Positions 49,766-59,739 are shown, numbered from the stretch's first letter. The stretch is DNA of 64,000 nucleotides from an uncultured Acidimicrobiaceae bacterium (GCA_964460075.1 CAYWPC010000011.1:12029-76028); one strand, 5' to 3'. The notes: generated by a model from the sequence alone, not told the origin. Translations and numbers: made by a program.

Positions 49766-50731
49766 ATGAAGCGGGTCACTCTCCATCGTGTAGCACACCT
49801 GGCAACATGGTCCACGCTGGCCCTCATTGCGTTTGGTGGCTACACCCGTGGCAGCGGCAGTGGCTACGGATGCAAGGATCGCTGGCCGCTGTGCGATGGC
49901 GGTGCCTTTGGCGGATACCTGCCGAAGCTCGATCCCCAGATGATCGTCGAGTGGACGCACAGATGGATCGCGTTACTCGTCGGCCTGCTCGCTGTGGTGA
50001 TCGTCATTGGCGCAGTGCGAGGGAAGCATCGCCGTTCTTGGATTATTGGACCGGCCGTTGCTGCGCTCGTTGTCATCGGTATCCAGGCTTGGCTCGGTCG
50101 CATGGTCGTCAAGGGTGGGCTCGACCGCGATCTCATAACGGTTCACCTCGTTGTCTCCATGGTGATCGTTGCGTTGTTTGTCGTGATCACTGTTGCGACC
50201 AGGGCCAAACCAGTCGATGGGCCCGGCCCTGTGGGTTGGTCAATGTTGATAGGAGTGAGCGCCGCTTCCGTGTTCTCTGTGATGATTCTTGGATCCATCG
50301 TTCACAACATGTACTTCCCTGGGTGGCCACTCGTCGATGGTGTGTTGATACCGGACCTGTCGGACACATATGTGGCGATTCACTTCCTTCATCGGGCAGC
50401 GACGGCTGTGACGTTCGTGCTGCTCGTCGCACTCGTCTGGCAAGTGAGAAGGCATCGTCGGCCCCTTGTCGAGATGTATCTTGTTGACGGCGCGTTGAGC
50501 GCGTTCCTGGTAAACGGGGCGCTCGGTGCTTTGCACGTCTTTACCCAGGTTCAGTCCAGCTTCGTCGTAGCTGCCCACATCGGTGTTGCTGGCCTCGTTT
50601 GGGCGGCACTGGCCGGTGCTGCTGTTGCTTCGCTTGGGCCGCTCGGTGTGGGGAGACCCTCGGTGGTGCGCCCTGTGCCCGCAGACGGGGATCGTCTACT
50701 GCGAGCGGATGTAGACGGTCCCGGTGAATAG
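49766..50731 (+). CDS. ctaA: Heme A synthase (CtaA/COX15 family)
   Basis: Cys pair in the first loop (GCKDRWPLCDG), conserved His in TM helices (HRWIALL, HFLHRA). 8 TM segments. Confidence 0.8.
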   Translation: MKRVTLHRVAHLATWSTLALIAFGGYTRGSGSGYGCKDRWPLCDGGAFGGYLPKLDPQMIVEWTHRWIALLVGLLAVVIVIGAVRGKHRRSWIIGPAVAALVVIGIQAWLGRMVVKGGLDRDLITVHLVVSMVIVALFVVITVATRAKPVDGPGPVGWSMLIGVSAASVFSVMILGSIVHNMYFPGWPLVDGVLIPDLSDTYVAIHFLHRAATAVTFVLLVALVWQVRRHRRPLVEMYLVDGALSAFLVNGALGALHVFTQVQSSFVVAAHIGVAGLVWAALAGAAVASLGPLGVGRPSVVRPVPADGDRLLRADVDGPGE

Positions 50732-51097
50732 GCCGACGACCCGACCGTCCGTCCGAGTGACATCGACTCGGTAGGTTGCAAGGGTTCTGCCCCGTGTCAT
50801 CTCGCGTGCCGTTGCTGTCAGTTCGTCACCCACTTTGGATGGGGCTGTGATTGCCAGGTGCGTGTCGATGGCCACGGCGGGGTCTCCGTCGGCGTTTGAG
50901 GCCAGTGAGAATGCACAGTCTGCCAGGGAGAACAACACACCGCCGTGTGTGCCTCCATGGAAATTCGTCTGATCGTCGCGAACGGTCATCGCCACCACGA
51001 TGTCGTCGTCTGTGATGGCGACCAGGTTGAAGCCTTGGGCCGCAATGTACGGGTCGTGTGCGAATGCGTGCTCGATCGTCTGGTCTCTGGTAGCCAT
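50696..51097 (-). CDS. PaaI-type hot-dog fold thioesterase
   Basis: NFHGGTHGGVLFSLADCAFSLASN matches the PaaI/4HBT signature. Confidence 0.8.
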   Translation of the reverse strand: MATRDQTIEHAFAHDPYIAAQGFNLVAITDDDIVVAMTVRDDQTNFHGGTHGGVLFSLADCAFSLASNADGDPAVAIDTHLAITAPSKVGDELTATAREMTRGRTLATYRVDVTRTDGRVVGLFTGTVYIRSQ

Positions 51098-51171
51098 GCG
51101 CACAGCGTACCTGGAGGGGGTCGCGGTGTGCCTGCGACCCCCTCCAGGTTGCCGTTGTCGAGTGTGTTGCG

Positions 51172-51933
51172 CTAGCCGTCGGAGCCGAGGGCGTCCTCGA
51201 TGGCCTGCTTGGCCTTCTCGAGGGATGCCTTGGCCTTCCGCACATCTACGCGGGCGTTGTCGAGTCGGCGGCGACCCTCCTGGAGCTCGCTGGCTGCTGG
51301 CTCTTCCCAGTCGGCTGCCTGAAGGCCGATGACGTTGTCTGCGACTGGCACACCGGTTCGGCGAGCCTCGTCGATGTCATCGAGAGCCGAGATGAGCCAC
51401 TTCCTGGCCTCGCTCATGTCGTAGCCTGCCTCTTCGCCACGTCGAATCGCTTCCCCAACGGTGTCGGCCGCGGAGCCAAGGCGATCAACAACGTCGGCGA
51501 CGCGGTCGGATGCTCCCACCTGCCTGCTCTTGGGGACCACAACGAGGTAGATGCGGAAGTCCTCGGCGATTGCGGGGATGAGCGCCCGCAGCTCGTCGAT
51601 GGTCTCGGCTGCTTCGATCTGTCTGCCAACGGCAGTGAGGCCGAGACCTGCCGACGCATACTCGCGGATGAGCGTGGTCTTGTGCCTGGCGGTGATGAAC
51701 TCACTGCTTGCAACACCGTCGGTGAGCTTCTTGAGTGTCACAAGCCGCCGGTCGATAGCAGCGGCTGCTCTCTCCTTGATCTGGTCGAGAGTTGGCTGCC
51801 TCACCACATCGGTCGTGACTGTGGGTTCGCTGTCGACTCGTGTTCCGTCGGTTCGTGCGCTCGCTGCTGCCGGAACGGCAAACAGCATCCCGGCTGCGAC
51901 ACCGATGACGATCAGTTGTCTGAGTCGTTTCAT
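51172..51933 (-). CDS. Secreted protein of unknown function (helical)
   Basis: Signal peptide (AVPAAASA). Predicted helical and charged. ATGA overlap with the upstream gene. Confidence 0.5.
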   Translation of the reverse strand: MKRLRQLIVIGVAAGMLFAVPAAASARTDGTRVDSEPTVTTDVVRQPTLDQIKERAAAAIDRRLVTLKKLTDGVASSEFITARHKTTLIREYASAGLGLTAVGRQIEAAETIDELRALIPAIAEDFRIYLVVVPKSRQVGASDRVADVVDRLGSAADTVGEAIRRGEEAGYDMSEARKWLISALDDIDEARRTGVPVADNVIGLQAADWEEPAASELQEGRRRLDNARVDVRKAKASLEKAKQAIEDALGSDG

Positions 51934-52376
51934 TGTCCTATGTCTCCTTCGTCGGCGTTCAAGCTTGTCTCTACTTGCGCTATGTCGCTGTCGAGTCCTT
52001 CGAGTTGGCCGTCGAGGTCGTTCAGCAGGTCGTCGAGCGACCTGAGGAGTTCCTCAAGCTGGTCGCTCGCAGGCGCGGTCGTCGTAGTTGGTGCCTGAAC
52101 GGTTGTGGTCGTTGTCGTGGCGACGCTGTTGTCGGCTGCCGCCGCTGGGGCGGTCGCCGGTGGCGTCGTTGTTGTCATCGGGACCTGCTGTGACGTAGCG
52201 GTTTCGATGAGCATGGTTGTGGATGTGTCCGCCGCGTCCGTGACGGACGGTCGTGCAACCTGCGCCGGGTCGTTCTCGGCTGCGGGTGATGCAGCGGATG
52301 TACATGCAACCGCGATCATCGCGATGCCGATGGCAAGCGCCGGTTGCCTTACGCGCATGACAGCTCCTTTCGTCAT
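51930..52376 (-). CDS. Secreted Thr/Ala-rich lipoprotein of unknown function
   Basis: Lipobox (IAVACTSAAS), TTTT-rich low-complexity middle, acidic helical C-terminus. Confidence 0.45.
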   Translation of the reverse strand: MTKGAVMRVRQPALAIGIAMIAVACTSAASPAAENDPAQVARPSVTDAADTSTTMLIETATSQQVPMTTTTPPATAPAAAADNSVATTTTTTVQAPTTTTAPASDQLEELLRSLDDLLNDLDGQLEGLDSDIAQVETSLNADEGDIGQ

Positions 52377-52526
52377 ACACCAAGCGTCCGGTGCGCCTAC
52401 GCGGCAAAGATGAAGGGAACATGAGAGGTTGTTAAGAGCGGTGTGAAAAAACGGTTAGGCGATCAGCAGCGCATCGCTGTACTTCGATGCGAGGCGAGCG
52501 ACGCGTAAATCGAGACCGTGCAGCGA

Positions 52527-53120
52527 CTACTTGCGGAGGGCGTCGACCATCTTCCACGAAGCGGGCAGAAGGAGCCCTGCAGCGACGATCTTGACGAGGT
52601 CACCAACGATGAACGGCGCGAACCCTGCGAGCAGCGCAGCCGACAAGGTATCGATCGATGGGACAGCAACGATCAGCCAAGGGATGCCAAGAAGGTATAT
52701 GACAGCGTTTCCTGCGAGGAATGCTGGAATCGCTGTAGATATTGTGCGGTCCTGGCCTCGCTCAGCGAGGTGGCCGACGACCCAGGCCGCAACGATGAAC
52801 CCGAACAGGTATCCACCCGTTGCACCGGTTGCAGCCTCCCATCCGCCGGATGTGTTTGCGTAGAACGGCAACCCGACCGCTCCCATGCTCCAATACAGCA
52901 ACTGGCTGCCTGCGCCGGCCCGCGGTCCTAGCGCTGCACCCGCGAGGAGAACGGCGAAAGTCTGTGCGGTGATGCGCACAGGGCTTCCAGGCACAGGGAT
53001 GGCGATCTGGGCGGCGAGCGCCGTGAGCAGTGCGAACCCGACCGTGAGCATGGCTGTGGTAACAGCGGTGCGAGGAACCACCACGTTGGCAATGGTTCGT
53101 GTTGGATAGGTCGTCTGCAT
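52527..53120 (-). CDS. bioY: Biotin transporter BioY
   Basis: BioY family motifs (IPVPGSPVRITAQTFAVLLAGAALG...GYLFGF...LGIPWL). Confidence 0.85.
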   Translation of the reverse strand: MQTTYPTRTIANVVVPRTAVTTAMLTVGFALLTALAAQIAIPVPGSPVRITAQTFAVLLAGAALGPRAGAGSQLLYWSMGAVGLPFYANTSGGWEAATGATGGYLFGFIVAAWVVGHLAERGQDRTISTAIPAFLAGNAVIYLLGIPWLIVAVPSIDTLSAALLAGFAPFIVGDLVKIVAAGLLLPASWKMVDALRK

Positions 53121-53199
53121 GCAGTGTGCTCCTTGGGATGTCGGGGCGTACTCTAGAATTCTTGTCCAGCGATGTGGAGAATCTGCCGATCAGTCTCCC

Positions 53200-53754
53200 A
53201 TGAGACTCAGACACTTCGTCATCAGTTTCATCGTTGCTGCCGGTGTGTTCGCTGGCGTGCCTGCATCCGTGTCAGCGATGTCCGCACCTGAGAACGTCGC
53301 TCCGAACCCGGCGAGACAGCCGTCGTTTCATCGGTCGCAATCTACAGGTGTGGCTATCGGGTCGCTTCGCATTCCGGCAATAGGCGTCGACGAGACGGTT
53401 CGCGGTGGCGTGGCACTCAGCGTCATCGATCTCGGTGTTGCTCACTGGGCTGGAACTGCGCTTCCAGGCGAGCAGGGCAATGTCGTGCTCGCTGCGCACC
53501 GCACCACGTACACCCGGCCGTTCTACGATCTCGACAAGCTCGGGATTGGCGATCTCGTGTTCATGACCGACGGCAACGGGTTCGAGGTCATGTACAGAGT
53601 TTCGGCTTCTCTGATTGTCGAGCCGAGCGATCTCTGGATCACCTATGACAGGGATGATCCGACCCTTACGATGTTCGCCTGCCACCCGAAGGGGTCAGAT
53701 CGGTACCGGATCGTTGTCGTCGCGGACTTGGTTGCCGGTCGAAGGATCGCGTGA
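53200..53754 (+). CDS. Sortase-family transpeptidase
   Basis: Signal/anchor, LAAHR His motif, TLTMFACHP (TLxTC Cys motif), conserved Arg downstream. ATG at 53200. Confidence 0.7.
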   Translation: MRLRHFVISFIVAAGVFAGVPASVSAMSAPENVAPNPARQPSFHRSQSTGVAIGSLRIPAIGVDETVRGGVALSVIDLGVAHWAGTALPGEQGNVVLAAHRTTYTRPFYDLDKLGIGDLVFMTDGNGFEVMYRVSASLIVEPSDLWITYDRDDPTLTMFACHPKGSDRYRIVVVADLVAGRRIA

Positions 53755-53795
53755 GGCCTGTACAAGCAGCTTCGGCCCTGCGGTAACCTCGGAAG

Positions 53796-54890
53796 ATGGA
53801 AAGCGATGTCGTGACACAAGGGCAGTCGGGTGACTACGCCGATGTTCCGCCCAGCGTGCGCCCACCATCGCGATATCCGAAGTGGCCGTGGATTGTCGCC
53901 ATCGGCCTCATCGTTGTTGGGATCGCCATTGCGATTGCCTGGCCGATCACGGTGCCGTACTACACGCTGAGTCCTGGTCCTGTGTACGACACGTCGGACT
54001 TCATCACCGTTCAAGATGGCAACGTCAGTGACGATGGCGAGTTGTTCTTTCTCACGGTGTCGCTCAAGGAAGCCAACATTTTTGAGTACGCGGCCGGCCG
54101 CCTCGACCCCAGGGTCGATGTCCGAGAACGTGAACGTGTCCGACCCATAGGCGTCTCACAGGAGCAGCTTCGCCGTGAGAGTCTTGCTGCCATGGAACAG
54201 TCGAAGCAGGACGCGACCTTTGTTGCTTTGACCAGGCTCGGTTACGAGGTGACGCTTGTCGGAACCGGCGCATTGGTCATCGACACGGTGCCAGACACTG
54301 CTGCTGACGGTGTGTTGCTGCCCAACGACGTCATCGTGGAGATGGACGGGCGGTTGGTTGCGTTCCGTGACGACATCATCGGGCAGCTCGCGGACCTCAA
54401 GATCGGAGACGTCATCAGCCTCCTCGTTGATCGACCGGCGGACGATTCTGAGGTCGGGTACGACGAGACGCCGGTCGAGCTTCAACTCGGCCCACACATC
54501 GATGATCCGACCCGTCCGATGATTGGTGTTTTGCTCGACAACAACGAACCGATCGTGTCGTTTCCTGTCGAAGTCGCGATCGACTCGCAGAACATCGGGG
54601 GCCCATCGGCAGGTCTCATGTTCACGCTCCAGATCATGGATCAACTCACCTCAGACGAGCTCACGCACGGCGAGCGCATCGCAGGAACCGGCACGATCTC
54701 TCGCGATGGCACCGTTGGTGCGATCGGTGGTATCAGGCAGAAGGTTTACGGTGCGATCGATGCTGGTGCTCGTGCAGTTCTCGTGCCTGCGGCAAACTAC
54801 GACGACGCTGTTGTTGCAGCGGCGGACGATATCGAAGTTGTTCGTGTCGAAACGGTCGATGATGCGCTTGCGTTCCTCGGATCTCTGTAA
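53796..54890 (+). CDS. Membrane-anchored PDZ plus Lon-like (S16) protease domain protein
   Basis: TM anchor, PDZ (DVIVEMDGRLV...IGDVISL), Lon proteolytic domain with catalytic Ser in IGGPSAGLMFTLQI. Confidence 0.85.
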   Translation: MESDVVTQGQSGDYADVPPSVRPPSRYPKWPWIVAIGLIVVGIAIAIAWPITVPYYTLSPGPVYDTSDFITVQDGNVSDDGELFFLTVSLKEANIFEYAAGRLDPRVDVRERERVRPIGVSQEQLRRESLAAMEQSKQDATFVALTRLGYEVTLVGTGALVIDTVPDTAADGVLLPNDVIVEMDGRLVAFRDDIIGQLADLKIGDVISLLVDRPADDSEVGYDETPVELQLGPHIDDPTRPMIGVLLDNNEPIVSFPVEVAIDSQNIGGPSAGLMFTLQIMDQLTSDELTHGERIAGTGTISRDGTVGAIGGIRQKVYGAIDAGARAVLVPAANYDDAVVAAADDIEVVRVETVDDALAFLGSL

Positions 54891-54932
54891 CAATCCGCCT
54901 CCACGACCGTCATCACCTGTACGCTCGCGCGT

Positions 54933-56777
54933 ATGGCTGAGGAAGTGACTTCGAGCGAAGTACAAGCTCGTCAGTTCGATGTTGTGCGCAAGGGATACGA
55001 CCGTGCACAAGTCCAGTCGTTCCTTGCGTCTGTAGCGCACCGTCTCGAGCAGCTAGAGCACCTCGCAGCGCGCTCTGAGCATGCAGAGATCTTGTTAGGG
55101 CTTGACGATCCTGAGGCACTTGCGCGAGAGCTCAGCATCATTGGCAGCGAAGTCGCAGCTGTGCTTGAGGCAGCGAGAGCAGCCGCAGAGTCGTTGCGCT
55201 CGCGCGCGGCTGCCGATGCCGAGGAGTGGCGAAGTTCCGCAATGGCCGAGACTTCCAAGATGCTCGCGGATGCGGCCGAGCAGTCGCACTCGATGCGAGC
55301 TGCTGCGTGGAACGAGGGTTCGTCGATGTTGCAGTCGGCTCTCAGTGAGGCCTCGGCCCTTGTCGATAGTGCGAAGGAAGACGCACTGTTCGTTCGCGCT
55401 GAGGCGGAACGTGAGGCGATACGGCACACGGGCGATGCCAAACGCGACAGCGAAGAGGCCATTCGCGCGGCCCGATTGGAAGCAGAGCAGATCATCGAAG
55501 CGGCCAGGGCTGAGAGCGACGGTGTGCTCACAGCGGCGGGTCAGGCCGCTGAACGTGCACAGGAACGTGCCCACGCCCTTGAGGATCGACGCTCTGAGCT
55601 GCTGGCTGAGCTCGAGGCGGCAAGATCCTCGATTGGGCAACTCGAGACGGAGATCGAGACGAAACGTCAGGCGCTCGAAGAGCCGGTGCCGATGCACGAC
55701 CCAGAGGAGATTCCTCGGCCGCACCATTTGTCGGATGGGGGATCGGTCAGGATTGTCTCTGGCAGCAAGGTAGTCCCGATGAAGCCGGTCGACGCTGACT
55801 CTTTTGTTGCTGAGGTAGAGGCTCTTCGAAGGGGGACCGTCGGATTTGAAGCCCCAGAAACCCGTGAGCTGCAGGTGGAGACCGTCACGGTAATTGCACC
55901 CCCGCCGCCGGCGGTCTCGGAGGTGGAGACGATTGTTGAGGTTGGTGGTGAGCCAGCGGACGAGCAGACCGAGTCTGACACCCCGGATGAGGAGGAGCCG
56001 CACACGACGGAGGAGATACCGGTTCTCGTGCCTGACGACCATGAGGTGGCAGATGAAGCAGCGCCACTGTTGGTCGCTGTCGTGGCAGACACGGACGAAC
56101 CGCGCACAGACGAGCCGGATACAGACGAACCGAGCGCAGACGAACCGAGCGCAGACGAGCCGGGCCATGATGCCATCGGTTCGCTGTTCGCACAGCTGCG
56201 TGACGACACGGCCGAGCGACCGGTCGTTGTTGTGCCGGTGATGCGGGAGAGTGCTGCGAGTGAGGCCGCTGCCGAACCTGTAGACACCGCTGAGGTATCC
56301 GGCATGATCCAGGAGAGCCACCCGTCCACCCAGGTGAGCGGAGAAGAGGCCTCTGAGACCGAGCATGGTGCTGAGGATGACCAGGTAGGCGTGTCGTTGA
56401 TACCCGCCCAGAACGCGGCGTTGCGAACGATCAAGCGCGCTCTCGTCGATATACAGAACGACGTTTTGGAACATCTCCGAACCGATAAGAGCTGGCTACC
56501 GGACGACGATCTTGTGGGTCGCTTCGACGAGGCGTTCGCAGATTTAGCTCTCGCCATCACCGGAGATGACGACGATGCGGGAGCGTCACGAGTGTTTGCA
56601 TCCGATCTTTTCGAGGCCGCTACCGCCGCGATTCAGGAGGCGAGGGACGCCGGATCCGGCGGTCGAGCGATCGCAGCCGCGGCGAGCAAGGTGTTTCGGA
56701 GGTGGCGATCCGACGAGGCGGAGCACAGGGTTGTTGCGGTCGCAACGGCACTTTCGCAAGCCCCGGTGTCCTCGTGA
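54933..56777 (+). CDS. DivIVA-domain protein with long acidic low-complexity region
   Basis: N-terminal DivIVA motif (FDVVRKGYDRAQVQSFLASVA), coiled-coil, then T/ADEPx pentapeptide repeats. Confidence 0.7.
   Translation: MAEEVTSSEVQARQFDVVRKGYDRAQVQSFLASVAHRLEQLEHLAARSEHAEILLGLDDPEALARELSIIGSEVAAVLEAARAAAESLRSRAAADAEEWRSSAMAETSKMLADAAEQSHSMRAAAWNEGSSMLQSALSEASALVDSAKEDALFVRAEAEREAIRHTGDAKRDSEEAIRAARLEAEQIIEAARAESDGVLTAAGQAAERAQERAHALEDRRSELLAELEAARSSIGQLETEIETKRQALEEPVPMHDPEEIPRPHHLSDGGSVRIVSGSKVVPMKPVDADSFVAEVEALRRGTVGFEAPETRELQVETVTVIAPPPPAVSEVETIVEVGGEPADEQTESDTPDEEEPHTTEEIPVLVPDDHEVADEAAPLLVAVVADTDEPRTDEPDTDEPSADEPSADEPGHDAIGSLFAQLRDDTAERPVVVVPVMRESAASEAAAEPVDTAEVSGMIQESHPSTQVSGEEASETEHGAEDDQVGVSLIPAQNAALRTIKRALVDIQNDVLEHLRTDKSWLPDDDLVGRFDEAFADLALAITGDDDDAGASRVFASDLFEAATAAIQEARDAGSGGRAIAAAASKVFRRWRSDEAEHRVVAVATALSQAPVSS
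56091..56165 (+). repeat. 5 x 15-bp in-frame tandem repeats (TDEPR-TDEPD-TDEPS-ADEPS-ADEPG)
   Basis: ACGGACGAACCGCGC / ACAGACGAGCCGGAT / ACAGACGAACCGAGC / GCAGACGAACCGAGC / GCAGACGAGCCGGGC, read directly. Confidence 0.9.
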
Positions 56778-56823
56778 AGCGTGCGCGGTGCGTCGAACCC
56801 GCTAGCGCAATAGAATCCCTGCT

Positions 56824-59736
56824 GTGATCAACCGCGAGACCATCAATTACCGGCAAGGTTCCGCGTTCAGGCGGCTGCTGTCAATCGGGTTTGCAGGCCT
56901 GTTCGTTCTCCTCATTGCCGGCCGTTGGTTGGCGACACTCTGGACCGACTATCTGTGGTACGACGAACTCGGAAGCGCGAACGTCTGGTTCACGCTCACG
57001 TTCACCAAGGTGTGGCTCATCGCAGGAGCCACCGTTATCGCGTTCGTGGTGTTTTGGGTCAATCTGTGGCTCGTCGACCGTCTCTCGCCCCGCAGCCTGC
57101 TCGCACTGACCGGTGCGCCAGACGAGGAGCTTCTCGAGCGGTACCAGCTGTGGATCGAGCCGAGAGCGTTCCTGGTGCGAACCATGTTCGCTCTGGGATT
57201 CGGCCTTCTCGTCGGCCTTGGTGCCTCAGCGTGGTGGCAGGACTGGCTGTATTGGCGAAACGGTGTTCCGTTCGGTCTCCTCGACCCGATCTTCAACAAC
57301 GATATCTCAATGTATGTGTTCGGGCTTCCGCTCTACCGCGACATGTATGGATGGCTGTTCCAGTTGCTGATGGTCACCACGCTGATCGTCATCGGAGCCC
57401 ACTACCTCAACGGCGGTATCAAACTCACAACGATTGGCGAGCGGACGTCCGGCAGCGTCAAGGCGCACATTTCGGTGTTGTTGGCGTTCATTGCGTTGCT
57501 CAAATCGGCTGGGTACATCTTTGACAAGTGGGAGTTGCTCTACTCCGGTCGAGGTCAGGTGTTCGGTGCCTCCTACACCGACGTCAACGCACAGATACCC
57601 GCGCTCAATCTGTTGATTTTCATCTCGGTTGCGGCTGCGATCATCCTGCTCGTCAATGTGTGGTTCAAAGGCTGGATGCTTCCTGGTGTTGCTTTCGGGA
57701 TCTGGTTGGTCACATCGATCGGTGTTGGCGGCATCTACCCGGCCGTTGTGCAGCGATTCTCTGTTGAGCCGAATGAGTTACAACAGGAGCTCCCGTATGT
57801 TCAGCACAACCTCGACTTCACTCGTCTTGCGTACGGGCTCGACAACGTGGAGGTGCGTCCCTTCGGTGCGTCGACAGATTTGACGTCCAGCGTCATCGAA
57901 GCCAACCGGCCCACGATCGACAACATCCGGCTCTGGGACCCGGGAGTTCTAGCGAACACGTATCCCGAGCTGCAGAACATCAAGACCTACTACGACTTCG
58001 CGGACATTGATGTCGACCGTTACAAGATCAATGGGGAACTCACGCAGGTGATGATCTCGGCTCGTGGCCTCGACGAGCGCAACATTCCAGGATCGGGTTG
58101 GGTCAACGAGCGACTGATTTACACGCACGGTCTCGGTGCGGTGCTGAGCCCCGCAAACGATGTCACAACCGATGGATTCCCCGATTTCCTCGTCGAGGAC
58201 ATACCGCCGGTCAACATGTCGAACTCAGAGGTTCTCGATATAGACCAGCCGCGCATCTACTTCTCGGACAGTTCCGATAGTGACTTCCTCATTGCAGGGT
58301 CGAAGGAGGGAGAGGTCGACATTCCCCAGGACGGATCCGAATCGACGTCTACCAATTCCTACGACGGAAGTGGCGGCGTTCCGCTTGGAAACCTGTTCCA
58401 GCGAGCGGCTTGGGCGTTGCGGTTCGGGGATCTCAACACGCTCATCTCCGGGCAGGTGCAGAGCGACAGTCGTGTGATGATCGCGAGAAACATCAAGGAT
58501 CGGATCAAGCGAATCGCGCCGTTCCTCTATGCAGACAACGACCCGTACATGGTTGTGGCTGATGGCAGACTCGTTTGGATCATGGACCTCTACACCGTGA
58601 CGGATGGGTTCCCCTATTCAGAGATGGCGAGCACCGCACGGCTGAACAACGGCTCTGAACTGCCTCGCAGGTTCAACTACATTCGCAACTCCGTCAAAGC
58701 GGTCATCGATGCCTATGACGGCACGATCGACATGTACATCATCGATCCGACCGATCCGCTGATCCGCACCAACGAGCGCATCTTCCCGAATCTGTTCAAG
58801 CCTGTTGCAGAGATGCCACAGGTCATTGTCGAGCATGTTCGCTACCCAGAGGATCTATTCCGCATCCAGACGGATGTGTACACGCTGTATCACATGACCG
58901 ACCCAACAGACCTCTTCCAGGTGAACGATCCGTGGCAGATCGCCCGTGACCCGTCCAACAGTCCGAAGGCAGCGCTGCGGGGCACGTTCACGACGGATCC
59001 GATGTTGCCGTACTACCTGCTCATGGAGCTGCCGGAGGAGAATCAACTTTCGTTCCTTCTGATGCAGCCGTTCACGCCGAGATCTCGGCCGAATATGTCG
59101 TCGTTCGTCGTGGCGAAGTCCGGTCCGCTTGATGAGTACGGGAGGCTGATTGAGTACACGATGCCTGAGGACCGGCAGGTCGACGGGCCTGGGCAGGTCG
59201 GTGACTTCATCGAGCAGGATCCACAGGTATCTGCAGAGTTCACGTTGCTTGACCAGGTCGGGTCCGGTGTGATCAAGGGCAACATGCTCGTCGTGCCGAT
59301 CGAGGATTCGCTGTTGTACGTGCAGCCGATCTATCTGGCAGCAGACACCGGGGGAGGTCGCAGCGGCATTCCGCAGTTCAAGCGGGTCGTGGCGTCGTTC
59401 AACAGCAGAATCGAGATTGCAGACACGTTGGATCAGGTACTCGTCGCGTTGTTCGGGACACCCGACGGCGTTGTCTCTGACGGTGGTGGTGGAGACACCG
59501 GAGGCGGAAGCACTCCACCGCAGCCACCCACAGGAACGATTCAAGAGCAAGTCGAACAGCTCATTGCCGACGCCCAGGTGGCATTCACCGACGCCGACGC
59601 AGCGCTTCGCCGTGGCGACCTTGCTGAATACCAACGCAAGGTGGATGAGGCGAAGGCGCTCATCGACGACGCGAATCAGGTCATCGCTGAGGCTGCTGCT
59701 GCGGCATCCGGTGAATCTGCAAGCTCCACCGGTTAG
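56824..59736 (+). CDS. UPF0182-family large membrane protein
   Basis: 970 aa with N-terminal multi-TM region. Conserved blocks YLWYDELG, YIRNSVKAVIDAYDGT and RYPEDLF match UPF0182 proteins (for example mycobacterial Rv3193c, as recalled). Confidence 0.85.
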   Translation: MINRETINYRQGSAFRRLLSIGFAGLFVLLIAGRWLATLWTDYLWYDELGSANVWFTLTFTKVWLIAGATVIAFVVFWVNLWLVDRLSPRSLLALTGAPDEELLERYQLWIEPRAFLVRTMFALGFGLLVGLGASAWWQDWLYWRNGVPFGLLDPIFNNDISMYVFGLPLYRDMYGWLFQLLMVTTLIVIGAHYLNGGIKLTTIGERTSGSVKAHISVLLAFIALLKSAGYIFDKWELLYSGRGQVFGASYTDVNAQIPALNLLIFISVAAAIILLVNVWFKGWMLPGVAFGIWLVTSIGVGGIYPAVVQRFSVEPNELQQELPYVQHNLDFTRLAYGLDNVEVRPFGASTDLTSSVIEANRPTIDNIRLWDPGVLANTYPELQNIKTYYDFADIDVDRYKINGELTQVMISARGLDERNIPGSGWVNERLIYTHGLGAVLSPANDVTTDGFPDFLVEDIPPVNMSNSEVLDIDQPRIYFSDSSDSDFLIAGSKEGEVDIPQDGSESTSTNSYDGSGGVPLGNLFQRAAWALRFGDLNTLISGQVQSDSRVMIARNIKDRIKRIAPFLYADNDPYMVVADGRLVWIMDLYTVTDGFPYSEMASTARLNNGSELPRRFNYIRNSVKAVIDAYDGTIDMYIIDPTDPLIRTNERIFPNLFKPVAEMPQVIVEHVRYPEDLFRIQTDVYTLYHMTDPTDLFQVNDPWQIARDPSNSPKAALRGTFTTDPMLPYYLLMELPEENQLSFLLMQPFTPRSRPNMSSFVVAKSGPLDEYGRLIEYTMPEDRQVDGPGQVGDFIEQDPQVSAEFTLLDQVGSGVIKGNMLVVPIEDSLLYVQPIYLAADTGGGRSGIPQFKRVVASFNSRIEIADTLDQVLVALFGTPDGVVSDGGGGDTGGGSTPPQPPTGTIQEQVEQLIADAQVAFTDADAALRRGDLAEYQRKVDEAKALIDDANQVIAEAAAAASGESASSTG

Positions 59737-59739
59737 CTT

